64,000 nt of DNA from Oikopleura dioica. Its lineage: Eukaryota > Animalia > Chordata. The translations under genes were made by a program, and so were the position numbers. Shown piece by piece: positions 1 to 11,998 of the stretch. The notes under the pieces are model-generated. The model was not told the DNA's origin. It searched no databases and saw nothing but the letters and a program-made list of their open reading frames with translations. Position 1 is the first letter of the stretch; every line of letters starts with the position of its first letter. The stretch covers positions 8,122,001 through 8,186,000 of the forward strand of contig OU015569.1 of the NCBI GenBank assembly GCA_907165135.1. The letters run 5' to 3'.

Positions 1-878
1 CCATTTCAAATCAATTTTCATAAAAACTCGAAAATTGAACTAGTCTTTGAACGATCGTTAATCGACGCCAAAATAGATTTGTTTAACAGAAAGCGGAACA
101 TGTTACAAATCAGCTACAGAAAAAACATTTCCAATCTAGATGGGGCATTCTTGAAGCTCTTATCTCAATTAGAAATTCTCAAGCGAAATGAAAGGTATCT
201 TCGTTTCCACGAGTGGGCCCCTCTGGACAACAAAAAATTTCCAGAAGTTGCAGCTTTATCGTTTTATCTTGCACGCAAGCGAGTTGCTAAAATAGGCGAT
301 TACCGCAGCTTGGATTGAGTGATCAACCTCGATTGCGTGTTTACTTTTTAGAAAGGCTTCCATCAGAAAATAATCGTCAGATTGCACCTTATGCAATTCG
401 ACAAAAAAAAACTGCAAGACAACGAAAATTTGTATGTTCCATGAGCTATTTTTTCGGAAACGGACGCAGATCTAGCTAAGCTCTTCATGAGTTTACCTTC
501 GTCCCCAAAATTAACGGTTGCCTCCTCGTTAAGATCTTACGTCTCGACAACGGCTCTTTTTGCTCATGTTCCTAAAAATCTCTTTTCTTTAGCTGAAATC
601 AAGCATAAAATATATAAAAATATTATGCTTTTGAAATCATTTCAAAAACCCATATTTGGACAGAACGCGCATCATATCTGTGCGTCCATTCATGCAAAAT
701 CTCTGGAAGTTTGCTTTAAAAACTTTAAGTTAGGGTTTGTATTGCCAATTGATTTCAAAAAAGAAAGAAAGAAAAGTAACCGACAGTAAGTTTATTTCTT
801 ACTTAATTGACAGCAAGAAAAATGTGCAAATATGTACAGACATCAAAATAAAAATGGCTCGAAAAGTAAAACGTTTTT

Positions 879-2300
879 TCAGTAACAATTTCTTCGAACA
901 GTTCCATCTGCGCAGCATTGTTTATTTGGGTTGAGCGCATTGTAGAGAATGTAAGGTCTAAATACAAAATGAAATACTTCTCGAGGAAGGACAGAATAAG
1001 AAACTCCGTCTCCAGTCATTCTATGACTCCCTGTCATCAATTTTTTAATAAAACGCGGTTTTCGCGCATCACCGCTTACTTGTCGTAACCGCCGCAGCAT
1101 TCGGGCTGTGCTGGGCTGCCGCGGCCGGGGCAGTCTTCCTCCGCGCTCCACCCGATCGTCGACCAGAAGCCATGGTAGTCGCCGTTGAAAACGCTCAGTG
1201 CATTTGTTTCGGCGAGCTTCCTAGCATACATGGCGTCACACTCATAGATCGCCCGTTTGCAAGTGCCAGCGTTATTTCCAGGAACTGTTTCGCCGTAGCT
1301 GTCCACTTCCCACTGGTACTTAACTGCTTCTGGAATGCACATCTCGCCGAACTCCATCTTTCACAGGGTTTATTGATGAACTTATCTTAATAATTCTAAA
1401 AGCAGCATTACGTCTGCATTTCCTATCATTCAGATAACGGGAAGTTGCGACTCTAAATAAAAACTAGCTTTGATCAAACTGTCTCCTTGTCACTTGTAGC
1501 GTTGCCAAAATACAGGGAAAAAGAGAAATAACAATCCAACAATTTTGGGCAAAGAAAACTTATAAGTGCGAGCGCAAAGGATGTCAACTCAGGACGGCAA
1601 CGTTTCGTCGGTGTTTATGGTACAATTTGAGATTTTATTTTAGAGTACACAACTTAACTTTCGTGTGCTGCGTGCCTTTTTTTGAATGCGATGTGATTAG
1701 GTAAATCCTGATTCCTTTACGCAGTGGATGCATTCTTTGTACTGTCGACAGACGTTGTCCAACTGGTCAACTGGTTTACCTCGACCTCTGGTAGACATTG
1801 CGCGATCACCTAGCATCAAGCAGTGACATCCGTAGTACCACTGCTCGCGCTCGTCAAAGCCAGGATTGTAGTGCTGTGTAATAGCCAGAAGATCTACGTA
1901 GCGTCGTTGTTGTTGCATGCCTAAAACGGGATGAAAATGATAACTTGCTAGCTTATTGAAAAATGCGTTTAGAACAGCTTTGATCCAAAAGTTGGCAGCG
2001 GACATCTGACTTGAGGACGTGCAATGTCACCACTAGCGAGAGCGCTGTTTAGATAGGTATAAGATCACTCGACGTTCACTCGATAGTGCAAATCAAAGCT
2101 AGTGTCAGCTTCAGCGCTAGCTGATAATTAGAAGTGCCAGCAAAACAATGAGCAGCTCACCTTCAAAGTAGGAATCTGGAACTTTAAAGATTTCCGCCCT
2201 GCTGGGTTTCCCCTCAGCGATAAATGTACCGGCGATTACGGCAAAAACCTATAATAGAGTTGTGAAATCTCTCTCAACAGGATTTGAGTTCTACCTTCAT
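879..2300 (-). CDS. Secreted PLA2-fold protein, catalytically degenerate (multi-exon)
   Basis: Signal-peptide-like start MK|VFAVIAGTFIAEG (ATG 2300). Core QWYYGCHCLMLGDRAMSTRGRGKPVDQLDNVCRQYKECIHC matches the sPLA2 YGCxC...G.G.PVD.LD.CC..HD.C pattern but has YK in place of HD. Downstream exons CIPE..GTCKRAIYECD..DCP..ECCGGYDK|PYILYN..QCCADG..CY* end at 879. Internal boundaries near 2000-2090 uncertain. Confidence 0.85.
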
Positions 2301-2716
2301 AATTCCCTTTTCTCTTTACTTCTCTGGGCAAGACTGACTTAACTGAGGTGCACGCATTGTCGACGGTTAAATCGCGATGGTTTAGTAGCGCTCGATAGCG
2401 CCACCACCTCGCCCTTTTCCGTTACCCATAGTTTTTTTTTCACTGGCGTAAAATTGCTGTTTATCAGAAAATATTCTTTCTTCGAATGTTTAACTTTAAT
2501 CAGAATATATTTAACTTCTTTACTCAAATAAAATAATATCTCATTGCTGTAAAGATGAAGCGATTAAAGAGCCAATGAATGAATATTTAGAAGGAATAAA
2601 AGTTACGTCCACGCTGCTCAGATAAAGAGATTCGAAAAGTGATCTGTGCTAATTGTTTGACAAATTATGTCTCCAACGATCTGAGGAATAAAAACTGAAA
2701 CGTTGGCTCCTCACGT

Positions 2717-3044
2717 CAGGGTTCGGTAATTTGAGCTCAAGCTAAAACTCATTTTGGCTAGACGCTCAAATTTCCTCAAATTGAGAACTCAAAGTGACTT
2801 GAGAAATCATTTTGAGAAGATTTGAGATTTTGAGAGTTTTGAGTTTTTGGGAGATTTGAGAGTTTTGAGTTTTCAAAACTCAAATTAAGCGAGCGCTTCC
2901 TTGATTGGCTCATGGATCGCCAGAATTGATTTCTCATCTCTGAGTTCTCAAAACTCAAATTAAAACGTGAAAAAACGTGAAAAAACGTGAGTCTCAAGCT
3001 TTGTTTCCTTGAGTTTTAGCGTGAGCTCAAATTACCGAACCCTG
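2717..3044. mobile_element. hAT-type MITE (328 bp) with 35-bp TIRs and 8-bp TSD
   Basis: Left end CAGGGTTCGGTAATTTGAGCTCAAGCTAAAACTCA; right end is its reverse complement with 1 mismatch. CCTCACGT is duplicated at 2709-2716 and 3045-3052. The interior has many TTTGAG/CTCAAA subrepeats and no transposase. Confidence 0.95.
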
Positions 3045-3437
3045 CCTCACGTGTTTATTCCGTATAGCAGGAAAGTTCTGTTTCTTATGGAATAGACATG
3101 GTATTGCTTCAATTGTGAGATCGAAGATTGGTCTTTTTTGTCGAAAACTTTTTTAATGATGATTTACATCAAAAGAAAAGAGAATCGTCATTTTCAAAAA
3201 AAATCATAATTGCCGAAATCGCTGGCTCTAGAATCTAGATAAAGATAGCTGATAAAAGATAACCAGGAGTTCCATTTTTTACAGCAAACATCTGGCCATG
3301 AAAGCTGCATCCCGCCTGGAGAGAGTTCGCGAGTGGCGCCATCTTTCGGTGAAATTTCGGAATAAAAACGGATAGAGCTGCAAGAAAACCATCAAAAATC
3401 AACAAACAAAGAATTCATCAAATACATCGAAGCAAAA

Positions 3438-3857
3438 ATGAGCACCACCAAAACTACCACATCACTGATGCCCAAGACAACTTCTTCATCCCCGATCCCT
3501 CCAAAGCTCAACAAACCCGATGAGTTGGGAGTCTTAGAGGAATTCGAGATCGTCGACGAGATGACCGACCTCCAGCCAGAAAAAGTGAAGCGGTTTCCCG
3601 ACCCCTACCGTGGAAAGAGGGTGCAGCCAGTCATCGAAAAAAACTTCGGCCAAAACAATATTGACGCGAAAGATAGCTCCGTGATTGGGTTCTACAATCA
3701 AGGCAGCAAGCGAGACAGCTTCCGAGGGCTGAGCTTCAGACGATACTTCACCTACGAGACTAACAACGAGAAAGAACTCATTGGTTCCTGGCTGACCAAG
3801 TGGGAACCGAAATACAACTGCTATAATCAGTATCTTCGTCCTCACTTCCGACATTGA
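3438..3857 (+). CDS. Intronless 139-aa orphan protein
   Basis: Clean ATG-to-stop ORF with raised GC3 compared with its flanks, an A-rich 5' leader and an AT-rich 3' flank. No recognisable domain. Confidence 0.6.
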   Translation: MSTTKTTTSLMPKTTSSSPIPPKLNKPDELGVLEEFEIVDEMTDLQPEKVKRFPDPYRGKRVQPVIEKNFGQNNIDAKDSSVIGFYNQGSKRDSFRGLSFRRYFTYETNNEKELIGSWLTKWEPKYNCYNQYLRPHFRH

Positions 3858-4228
3858 CGCGAATCATGATGGGCTTTACTAAAACTTACAATACTACTTC
3901 GCGTTTTAAATATTTCTCAAAATGCCACTCTTGAATTATCCTGCAAACATTTATAAGCTAGCAATAAAAACATGAAATAGAAACATGAATTTTCTTCATG
4001 CTATTACTTTTTCCTTGAGGGCAACTATATGTACAGGATAATGTACAGTTATTAGAAACTCGCTCCTTCCACGATGTCGGAATACGCTAAGATTGCGGCT
4101 GCGGGCATCGTCCATATGATGAAAAATAGTTGATTAAAACATTTTTGTTCTATACACGTTTGTTCATAAATAACGTTTAAAGAAGGATATGAAGGCTATT
4201 CTTTACAGAGTATCAGGGTTTGTATTTG

Positions 4229-6460
4229 TCAGGATTTTTGTTCGTCAGGGTTCATTAGAGTAGTTTGTTCGGCCAGAATCACAACTTCACTTTCTTTTTC
4301 TTTTCTGTTGCAGATAAAAAGTTTTTCTTTGAGCTCGCTAAAAGTAACAGGGGGCAGATTCATGCATACTCCAACGAATAGTGCAGAGGAGGCTATAACA
4401 ATCCAAATCGTCAGTACCATAATTACGAATTCACTCTAGAATTGATCATTTATTTTCTTCCCTCATCTCCCTCTGTCATTTCTTACCGGCACCATGCAAC
4501 CTTCTTCAAATGGATGGGGTTCAATTTTATAGCTCTTGAAATCAGACTCTAATATCTTCTTTTGGAAACACTGATTTTCAATTGTGATACGTCCTTTCAT
4601 TATCTAACAAAAATGCTGTTGATGTTAAAAGAATAATGTCTCATAATTCATGAGAAAAATGATAGAACACTCTTTTAGAGTGTGTGTTGACTTTAACTCA
4701 CGGATAAAGATTGATTATTGACTTGTGAACAGATCCATTTCTCCATACTATCATTTTCTGTTGCTCCATTTCCCTTCGCGAATTCTACGCAGAAGTCAAT
4801 AACATAATCGTTTAGAACAATCATGAACGTCGAAAAAACTAAATAAATTTGCGCTCAAACTTTATATACCCGTATATACTTACAAATGGAGACTTGCGTT
4901 GCTCTGTAAACGAGAGTAAATATGCCCTGAGCGAACGGGGCGCATGGGCAGTCCGCGCTTGTTTGATGGATTTCCTTCTGCTGCTCTGCAAGATCGAGAC
5001 TTTCTTTCAAGCAGCCAGCTTTGAGAATGAACTGAAACGCCTTTGAAACCAAAGATATTATCCATGGAAGATTCACACTAGCATCTTAAGTCGGCAACTG
5101 GAATGGAAATATAATATTTTAAAAGCGGTCCAGTTGCTAACCATAAATAAATGTACAAAGCAACGACACGTAGGTCGAATCTGATACCGGGCTTCCATGC
5201 ACCAGAAATCTGGAAAAGTAGAAATAGACCAGCCAAAAGTCCACTGCTTTGAGAAGAAACTGGTCGATAATTCGGTACTCGACGAGAACCTTGTGCATGA
5301 TGATAAACATCGTCTCGTCTTCTTTGCTCGTCTTGAATGCGACGATGGTGAGTTTGAGCACGTGGTTCAAAAGTTTGACGAAGGCACAAAACACTAGCAT
5401 CCCTGAAACCCATTCGACAGGATCGACAGCCAGACTTGAATCCGTGTTATACTCGTACCAGACGAAAACGGGCGGCAGAATATCAATCAGTGGTACTATA
5501 GACAAGAATAAAGTAGATAGCAATGAAAGTTTCCCCAAAGTTCGCGTGTTTAAAACTGAAAAGACGCAAGTGGAAATTATTGCTATGATCAGGAAGATTT
5601 GCTGCGTCCAAAAGTATTTTGTTGTCTCCGCCTCCTTCGGAACAAGATTGAGAATTTTTATTCCGCGTCGAGCGATATTATCTTCTGTTTTCTCAGCGAA
5701 ATCAGTCTTGTTGAATTTTTCTTTCGTTAAAAGCTGGATTGTTACCATCCAGCGCTTTATTGTCTTGCCAACCTCAGTGGATCTTCTTCGCCGTTGTGCT
5801 TCTTTACAATGTGTATGAGGACATTTGTGATCACAATTGTAAATGCAAGTAGCATGAGAGTATTTGTATTTTCTGTCATGATCATTTTCAATTGATCTTC
5901 TTGCTAGCTTGCAGGCCGCATCAGTAGGATGATCATATTCAGGACAAACAGTGCGATCTTAAAGATTTATCGAACTACTCGTCCTTAGACAATTACCGGT
6001 GTAATGACGCCGAAACGTTTTGAAGTTTTCTTGTGGCTCTAATATTCCCTTCTCGACTAGCGTTTCATATTCTTCATCTGATACCTCTGTCTCATCCGGT
6101 TCAGGATTGTAAGATAGATCTGTATACAAAATTTCCTTTACTCCTATTTCTTTAGTCACTTCATTCACAGCATTTTCAATCTAAGAAAAAGTTAATTTTT
6201 CATTCTCTTCATCTCTAAAGCAACCTTTTTCGTGTCGACTTCTTCTGCGTAAACTGAGTAAAAACGAGACGTAACTCTTTTCTTTCGTTCGGCTCTGGAT
6301 TGACAATTTACACATTTAGAAAATATTAAAATCCAAAAAAACTTCATCACGTATTTGGAGCCAGGAGTAAGATTATGTGAATGGATGAGTTAGTTTGCAC
6401 AAAGCGTAATGAATGCGGTGTATTTGCGTATACTCTTGGCAAACAGTTAATGTCCCACAT
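4229..6460 (-). CDS. Orphan multi-pass (about 7-8 TM) membrane protein with an N-terminal Cys/His-rich segment
   Basis: Exons join in phase through short GT-AG introns: ..AERKKRVTSRF..|IENAVNEVTKE..RHYT|DRTVCPEYDHP..CIYNCDHKCPHTHCKEAQRRRRS..hydrophobic runs..TFIY|DASVNLPWIIS..QVSI|FFSTFMIVL..SLS|IMKG..GCMVP|SEFVIMVLTIWIV..QKS*. Start codon uncertain. Confidence 0.7.
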
Positions 6461-6685
6461 CCTGAAGAACAAAAACTGGTTATTTTCTCGTCATGGCTGA
6501 AAAAAGCTCGTAATGATTTGAAAAGGGAATTTCTTCTATTCTTTTCCCACATACAACAAATAAGAGATGCTTTTTTATTTCTATAAAAGCTCACCAGTTG
6601 ACAATATAACTGTATCTAGCGCCCTCAAGAAGCTTCACCCTTCATGATCTTCTAAAATTGAGGTACAGAAATTTGTCTTGTGGCA

Positions 6686-8663
6686 TTATTGCATTGCTTT
6701 TTGTTTCATGAGTCGCTTAGTTCCAGCTCTTTGAGTAGTGGTTCGAGGTTTTTTGCTTGGACGGGGCTTCTTTTTCCCTCCCTTTTTCTTTTGATTTTTC
6801 TTTTTGTTTTCTTTTGATTGTTGAATGTTGTAGCCATTGCTTTCTTCGTAGCCATTGATAATTGAATAGCCGCTAGCGACACCTGAAGTAGTCACAGTTT
6901 CAGCTGTTGTTGTCGGATAAGTAGTGGTGGTGGAAGTAGTGGTTGTTGATGCCGTAGTTGTTGAGGTTGTAGTGGTAGTTGTTGTTGTTGTCGTGATTGT
7001 TGTTGTCGTGGTTGTTGTGGTTGTAGTGGTTGTTGTTGTGGTTGTGGTGGTGGTTATTGTGGTTGTTGTTGAAGTGGTTGATGTTGTTGTAGTTGAAGTA
7101 GTTGATGTTGTAGTTGTACTCGTGCTCAATGTCGTGGATGTTAATGTAGTCGTTGAAGTGGGTCCGTAAGTAGTAGACACTCACAAGCAGCTTTTCATTC
7201 ACGAAAAAACGGATTTTACTAATCAATAGTAATCTATGGAAATTATATTAATGTAAAGAATATAAAGCCGATCCTGAGGCACCTCCAGAATAGGAGCTTC
7301 CGGAATTTCCAGAATAGAGACCGTTATTTCCAGCTCCCGAGGTTGTTGTTTTTCCAGTGGTTGATACAACTGACGAAGTGGTAGATCCATAACCACCTCC
7401 TTTGGAATTAGGACTGACAGAAAACTCGGATCGTTTTGCATTGCAGGGTCGAGTAGTGATACCGATGACTTCTGGCGTCTTTCGTTTCGATTCGATATTA
7501 AGGAACATTCGCGCATCCATGTTGCTCATGTCTGCGAATTCATAGAACGTTAACAAAATGGCAGTTTCATCTTCGGAGAGCTCAGCCGAAACGATCGGGA
7601 ACGAAAAGGAACCGACTGATTTCAAAGGCTGGCTGAGTTCCAGTAGCATTGTATCGTCGGAGTCAAAAGAAGCAGGAAAACGAGTCTCTATTGTCATTAA
7701 TTTGCATTTCTTGCAGTCGTTTGAGTTTGTTATTCTGGCGGCTTCAGTTGAAAATTCCAAAATGCTCTTCTCCTCACAAAGTATGCGTTGAGGCGGGAGA
7801 ATGAATTCTTGGGTGCATCGAGCATTGCTTAATGATGTGAATTTTTGAAAAATATAAAGCTCTACCTTGTGTCAGCAAATCTGGCCTTTTTTGGCTTTCT
7901 TGACCATCCACAAACTCCTTGTTGATTGCAGGCGCAGCGTAAAACGGACCCCTTCATTCCTGTTAGCTTACCGCCATTGGTACATTGATGCTCACAAGTC
8001 CTAGTGAAAGGTTTTATTCTATGAATTCTTACTAAAATTATTACATTTGGTTGTCTCTGGCATTGACAAAGCAGAATTGATCGATGTTCTTGTCGAATAT
8101 TGGTGGTAATTCTTCGCATGCTTGGCAATCTGGAAGTTGCCCACTCCACCTGTTCTTGCCCGTCTCGACAAAGTTCTGAGCTTTATTGCGTACACAGTTG
8201 ATGCGTGGATTTCCAGCGGGCATGAAGCCAGCTTGACAGTCCACAACGCAAGTCGCTCCATCGCAAAAGACACTAATTAAATTTTGAGAGTCTTTTCAAA
8301 CTAATTCTAGTCGTACCCTCTTGCATTCTTAGGCGTTGCTAATTTTGGACACGTTTTGAACTCAACAAATTTGTTCTTTGGTTCCCGTCCCCAACCTGCA
8401 CCACTTGTTGAAACTTTTTTCTTTCCTCGCGCAAGTATTGAAGGACTTGTATCGTCATCCTCGTCATTCTACAACGCGAATTAAGAAATAGGTCTCTCGT
8501 CAAACTAGAGCATCTCTAATAACAATTTACTAACATTCATAAGTTGGAGGAGCTCTCTCCAAGTTGCTCTCGGTTGTTTGCCAGAGCTGGCGAGTCCATC
8601 TTCGACTGATTGAGCGCTGGCACTAAGAATAACGCAGAATGCGAACTTCCTGAAAACTCTCAT
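6686..8663 (-). CDS. Secreted sushi/CCP-like + Thr-rich mucin-like protein with a basic C-terminal tail
   Basis: Signal peptide MRVFRKFAFCVILSASA (ATG 8663). Sushi-like CPKLATPKNARG|VFCDGATCVVDCQAGFMPAGNPRINC..WSGQLPDC, then a second Cys module, a Gly/Ser region, a poly-Thr tract and a KKKNQKKKGGKKKPRPSKKPR tail. Phase-compatible GT-AG introns link the ORF-track fragments. Confidence 0.8.
6905..7160. repeat. Imperfect trinucleotide repeat (GTT/GTG/GTA)n encoding poly-Thr on the minus strand
   Basis: Directly visible; corresponds to the TTTT... tract of ORF 6686..7180. Confidence 0.95.
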
Positions 8664-9087
8664 TTTCAGAAAAAAATATCCTCGAAAAATGGAATGGCCA
8701 CTGTCGGAAATGTCATCCGCCTTTTATAGTCAGGAGCGTGCGGTTGGTCATGGCATTAGAATGAGGAATATCGGACCTGTCAGTAATGATAATTAGACGA
8801 GACAAAAATGCGTGCGCTGACGCTACGCACCACCAAAAATAGAGATCGAGCAATTTTCGTTTTATTCATTTATGAATTATTCAATGAAGAAATTAAGGAC
8901 AGCCTGTCTGAAGTTCATAGAATTAACTTATGTGACACGAAGCTTCCATAAGGATAGACAAGCGCAGAAAGCACGGTGACAAAGTTTCTCCTCACTATGC
9001 CGCAGTTTGTGCTGCGATATCAAATTATGCTTTCTAGAATATAAATACATTCAGACGAGTTTAAAATATAGGCTTTATTAGTTTATA

Positions 9088-9474
9088 CAGTCGGAGTCCA
9101 AAATAAGGGACACCAAGATAAGGGACTTTTTTGCTCAAAATGCCGAAAATCAGCGGCAGAAAAAAATCCAATTTAAGGGACTTTCCGAGATCAGTAAGCT
9201 TCTTCAGTTAGTTGAGAGCTGATAAAGGGTATCAATTACCTTAATTTCAACCAGCTTTGCCCCAAACTGAAGTGATTTGCCTTTCAGAATATGTTTTCCT
9301 CTTTCAAAAATGTCTTCTAAGTCACAAAAACAATAACTTCAGCATATTTTGCCGTAAAAAATATACTTCGAAAAAACTTCTCAGCGACATATTTTTTGCT
9401 TTGATGACCCAATTTAAGGGACTTTTTTCGAAAATTTTGGAGCAAAAAAAGTCCCTTATTTTGGACTCCGACTG
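9088..9474. mobile_element. Tc1/mariner-type MITE (387 bp) with TA target duplication
   Basis: 24-bp perfect TIR CAGTCGGAGTCCAAAATAAGGGAC, TA at 9086-87 and 9475-76, subterminal repeats of AAGGGACTTT, no transposase. Confidence 0.93.
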
Positions 9475-9804
9475 TAGAAAGATAAATCCGCTTTTATGAA
9501 ATTCGTCGCCTCCCTTGAAGCGTGAATTATTGCTCGTCATTTTCTACTCAAAGATTTGGTATTGGTCCCAAACAAAAGGCGTTCTTCATTTTTCAAAGCC
9601 AGTCAGAGATAGCAAGAGGTAAGAAATAAAAACAATCGCGCTTCAAAATTAAAAAAATGGGGAGTTTTTCTATTCACATTATGAGGCTGACTTTTTGTAA
9701 AATAATATTCTGGTAAAAACAGTTTTCTAAATCTTTCATATTTTTCAAGCAGATACCAAGCTGGACACTGATCAATATTTCATTCTTATGAATATTCCCA
9801 GAGG

Positions 9805-11661
9805 ATGCGCAATAGAAAGACTTTCATCACTGAATCATATTTTAAATGTTTGCTCAGTCGTTTAAACTGTAAGAAAAGCAGAGAGTTGTTGACAGAAAGA
9901 ACTCTGTTTGCAGATCGAATTCCTTATTACAGAAGCATTTTGAAAGAGAAAAAAGACAATGGAGAATATGATCTTTTTAAACTGGTATGATTTCGACAGA
10001 GAAGCGATCTTTTCTCAAAAGAATTGTTTCCATTCAGTGAGTGCGCTAGGTCTACAGTTAACCTTTGTATCTGCTGACGACTTATTGAGTAATATAATAA
10101 ACTTCTCATAATCCCCCATTTTAACGACGTTACGTTACTTTTCAGACGATGTCGTAAATTGCATCTTTCTCCAAGAGGTTAGCACGACTTGGATAAAGAG
10201 TGATGACCACTAAATCAGAGGAACTTTATTACGAAACGAGAGAGGCGCCTATCAACAGATCCGATTTTGCTGTAGGAGTGCACAGAGGAAAAGTTTACGT
10301 TTACGGCGGAGTCTGCGTCGCTCTAGGTTAGTATTACAAATATTCTGTTTCATGATGTTTTCTCTTAGGCCACGGTTTATCAGATTTATACGAGTACGAC
10401 CCTGCCACTGAATCTTGGACGGAGTTGAGAAAACGATCTGCACCCGGACGCCTCATCGGTGCGAAGTTCGTCTCTACCGGCGATGAGCTCTTACTTTACG
10501 GGGGCGAAATTTGCGAAAAAGTTTCTGAGTGTCCCTTGTGGAAACTGTGCTTCTCCGAGGATACGAAATTCAAGAAACTTTCGACAAGGGGAGCCTTTCC
10601 TTCGAACCGAAAGGACTCTTCCATCATCTTTGCGCAGACGTGGACGGAAGAGGCCGTGTTCCTCTTCGGGGACAACGTCACTTGATTGGCGACAGCGACG
10701 AGTTTTGGAAGTTTTCGCCGAAATTCCAGAAGTGGACAAAGCTTGCCAGTGGTCCTCCAGCCAGATCAGAAGCTGGCATCGCTTACTACCAACAGAATGT
10801 CCTCGTGGTAGGAGGTTATCAAACTTCAGATATCTGGGGATACCACACGAGTCTAGGAGTTTGGACCCAATGGATGAAAAGCATTCCCAAATGTATATCT
10901 GAGAATATAATGTTATGGGAAGACTCCATCTTCAGCGTCTCCAACTCAAAGCTTGGATGTTTCTTGTATGTGATAAATCTCAATGATCGGAAGTATTCAT
11001 TCACTACACATTCGCTTGAGGTATTATTAAAATCGTATTTATTGAGATAAAGCTTATCTATCCGATGTTAAGAAAGCTGTCGGATCTAAAATGGTGACTA
11101 TAGGAACTCCGGCATCAGAATTTCGAAGTCGCTCTACGCCTGGCAGCGGACGCCGGCGTAATCGAATTGCATCGAGGAAGAATAGCAGGTCGAAAGTTGG
11201 AATCTTCAATGATGGTTTCGAGATCGGTGACGACGCAAGCTTTGTCTCATCTCCTGGTATCTCGTTGATTGACTTAAGATCTCAAGAACGATCAACAAAT
11301 TTGATATCCTATAATTCATTGGACGACTCTCTGAGCAGCGTCAAGCTAGCCAATCGAAAATGTAATTCGAATTGATTCTAATGATTTGCCCTGCTTTACA
11401 ATCTACATTAGTTTCATAGAATTATTTTAGCTCCAGAATCCGTTGACAGTGCGTACTCGTCTAGCCCCGAACCTTACAGAAGTAGTAGCCTGTTAAATCA
11501 GCAATCGTCGCCTGTATTGCCATTCGCGAAGAAACTCGATCAAGTCGAAAACACTGGTTGCTACTTTCTTATATTTGGCGGGAAACCCCTGCACCCTGTT
11601 TATACAAGAAAACCTCTCTATGCTGGAAAAATTAATTTGCCGCCTGAATTAATACCTTGAT
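9805..11661 (+). CDS. Kelch-repeat protein with a Ser-rich C-terminal region; apparent -1 frameshift at 10668-10671
   Basis: Kelch motifs GKVYVYGG, DLYEYDPATESW, ELLLYGG, VFLFG(G)QRHL..DEFWKFSP, NVLVVGG..DIWGYHTSLGVW. Start may be 9805 or 9968. Confidence 0.8.
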
Positions 11662-11998
11662 AGTAAATGACGATCAAATAACGAAAACGTATATTTCGCC
11701 CAAGCTCTAAAGCGAAATAGACCTTGCTTTTCATGAGAAACTCTGAGTCACATTTTATTTAGCATAAATATAAGGAACTGAGTTGCACTTGTTCACAAGT
11801 AAAAGCCTTCAACATAAAATAAATAATCACTTTGGAAAAGCAGGAAATAAGTTTTCTTCAAAAGTAGAAGAATGTAAGAGTGTTGCATCTGTAATTATAA
11901 AGTTGCGAGTAGCAGAAAGGGCTCTTAGTAAAAATTGGTCGACTAGGCAATCAAGAAAGTTGAAACAGGTTAAAGTTGGCGAGTGTTGTTTTTATGGA

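Noticed and set aside
79-934. Short plus-strand ORFs at the window start
   Set aside because: AT-rich, no domain or splice support; 737-934 overlaps the 3' end of the PLA2-like gene.
2776-2997. ORFs inside the MITEs (also 9257-9540)
   Set aside because: Low-complexity products of subterminal repeats, with no transposase motifs.
4833-4838. Suspected fourth homopolymer frameshift in the multi-TM orphan
   Set aside because: The run is A6, which keeps the exon in phase (SI|FFSTF).
5780-5905. Alternative TM-like frame (QEDQLKMIMTENTNTLMLLAFTIVITNVLIH)
   Set aside because: It is bounded by stops, whereas the Cys/His frame is open continuously into the 203-aa ORF and phase-matches the upstream exon.
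6924-7169. Poly-Val ORF (+) and Asn/His-rich ORF (-)
   Set aside because: Alternative frames of the poly-Thr trinucleotide repeat.
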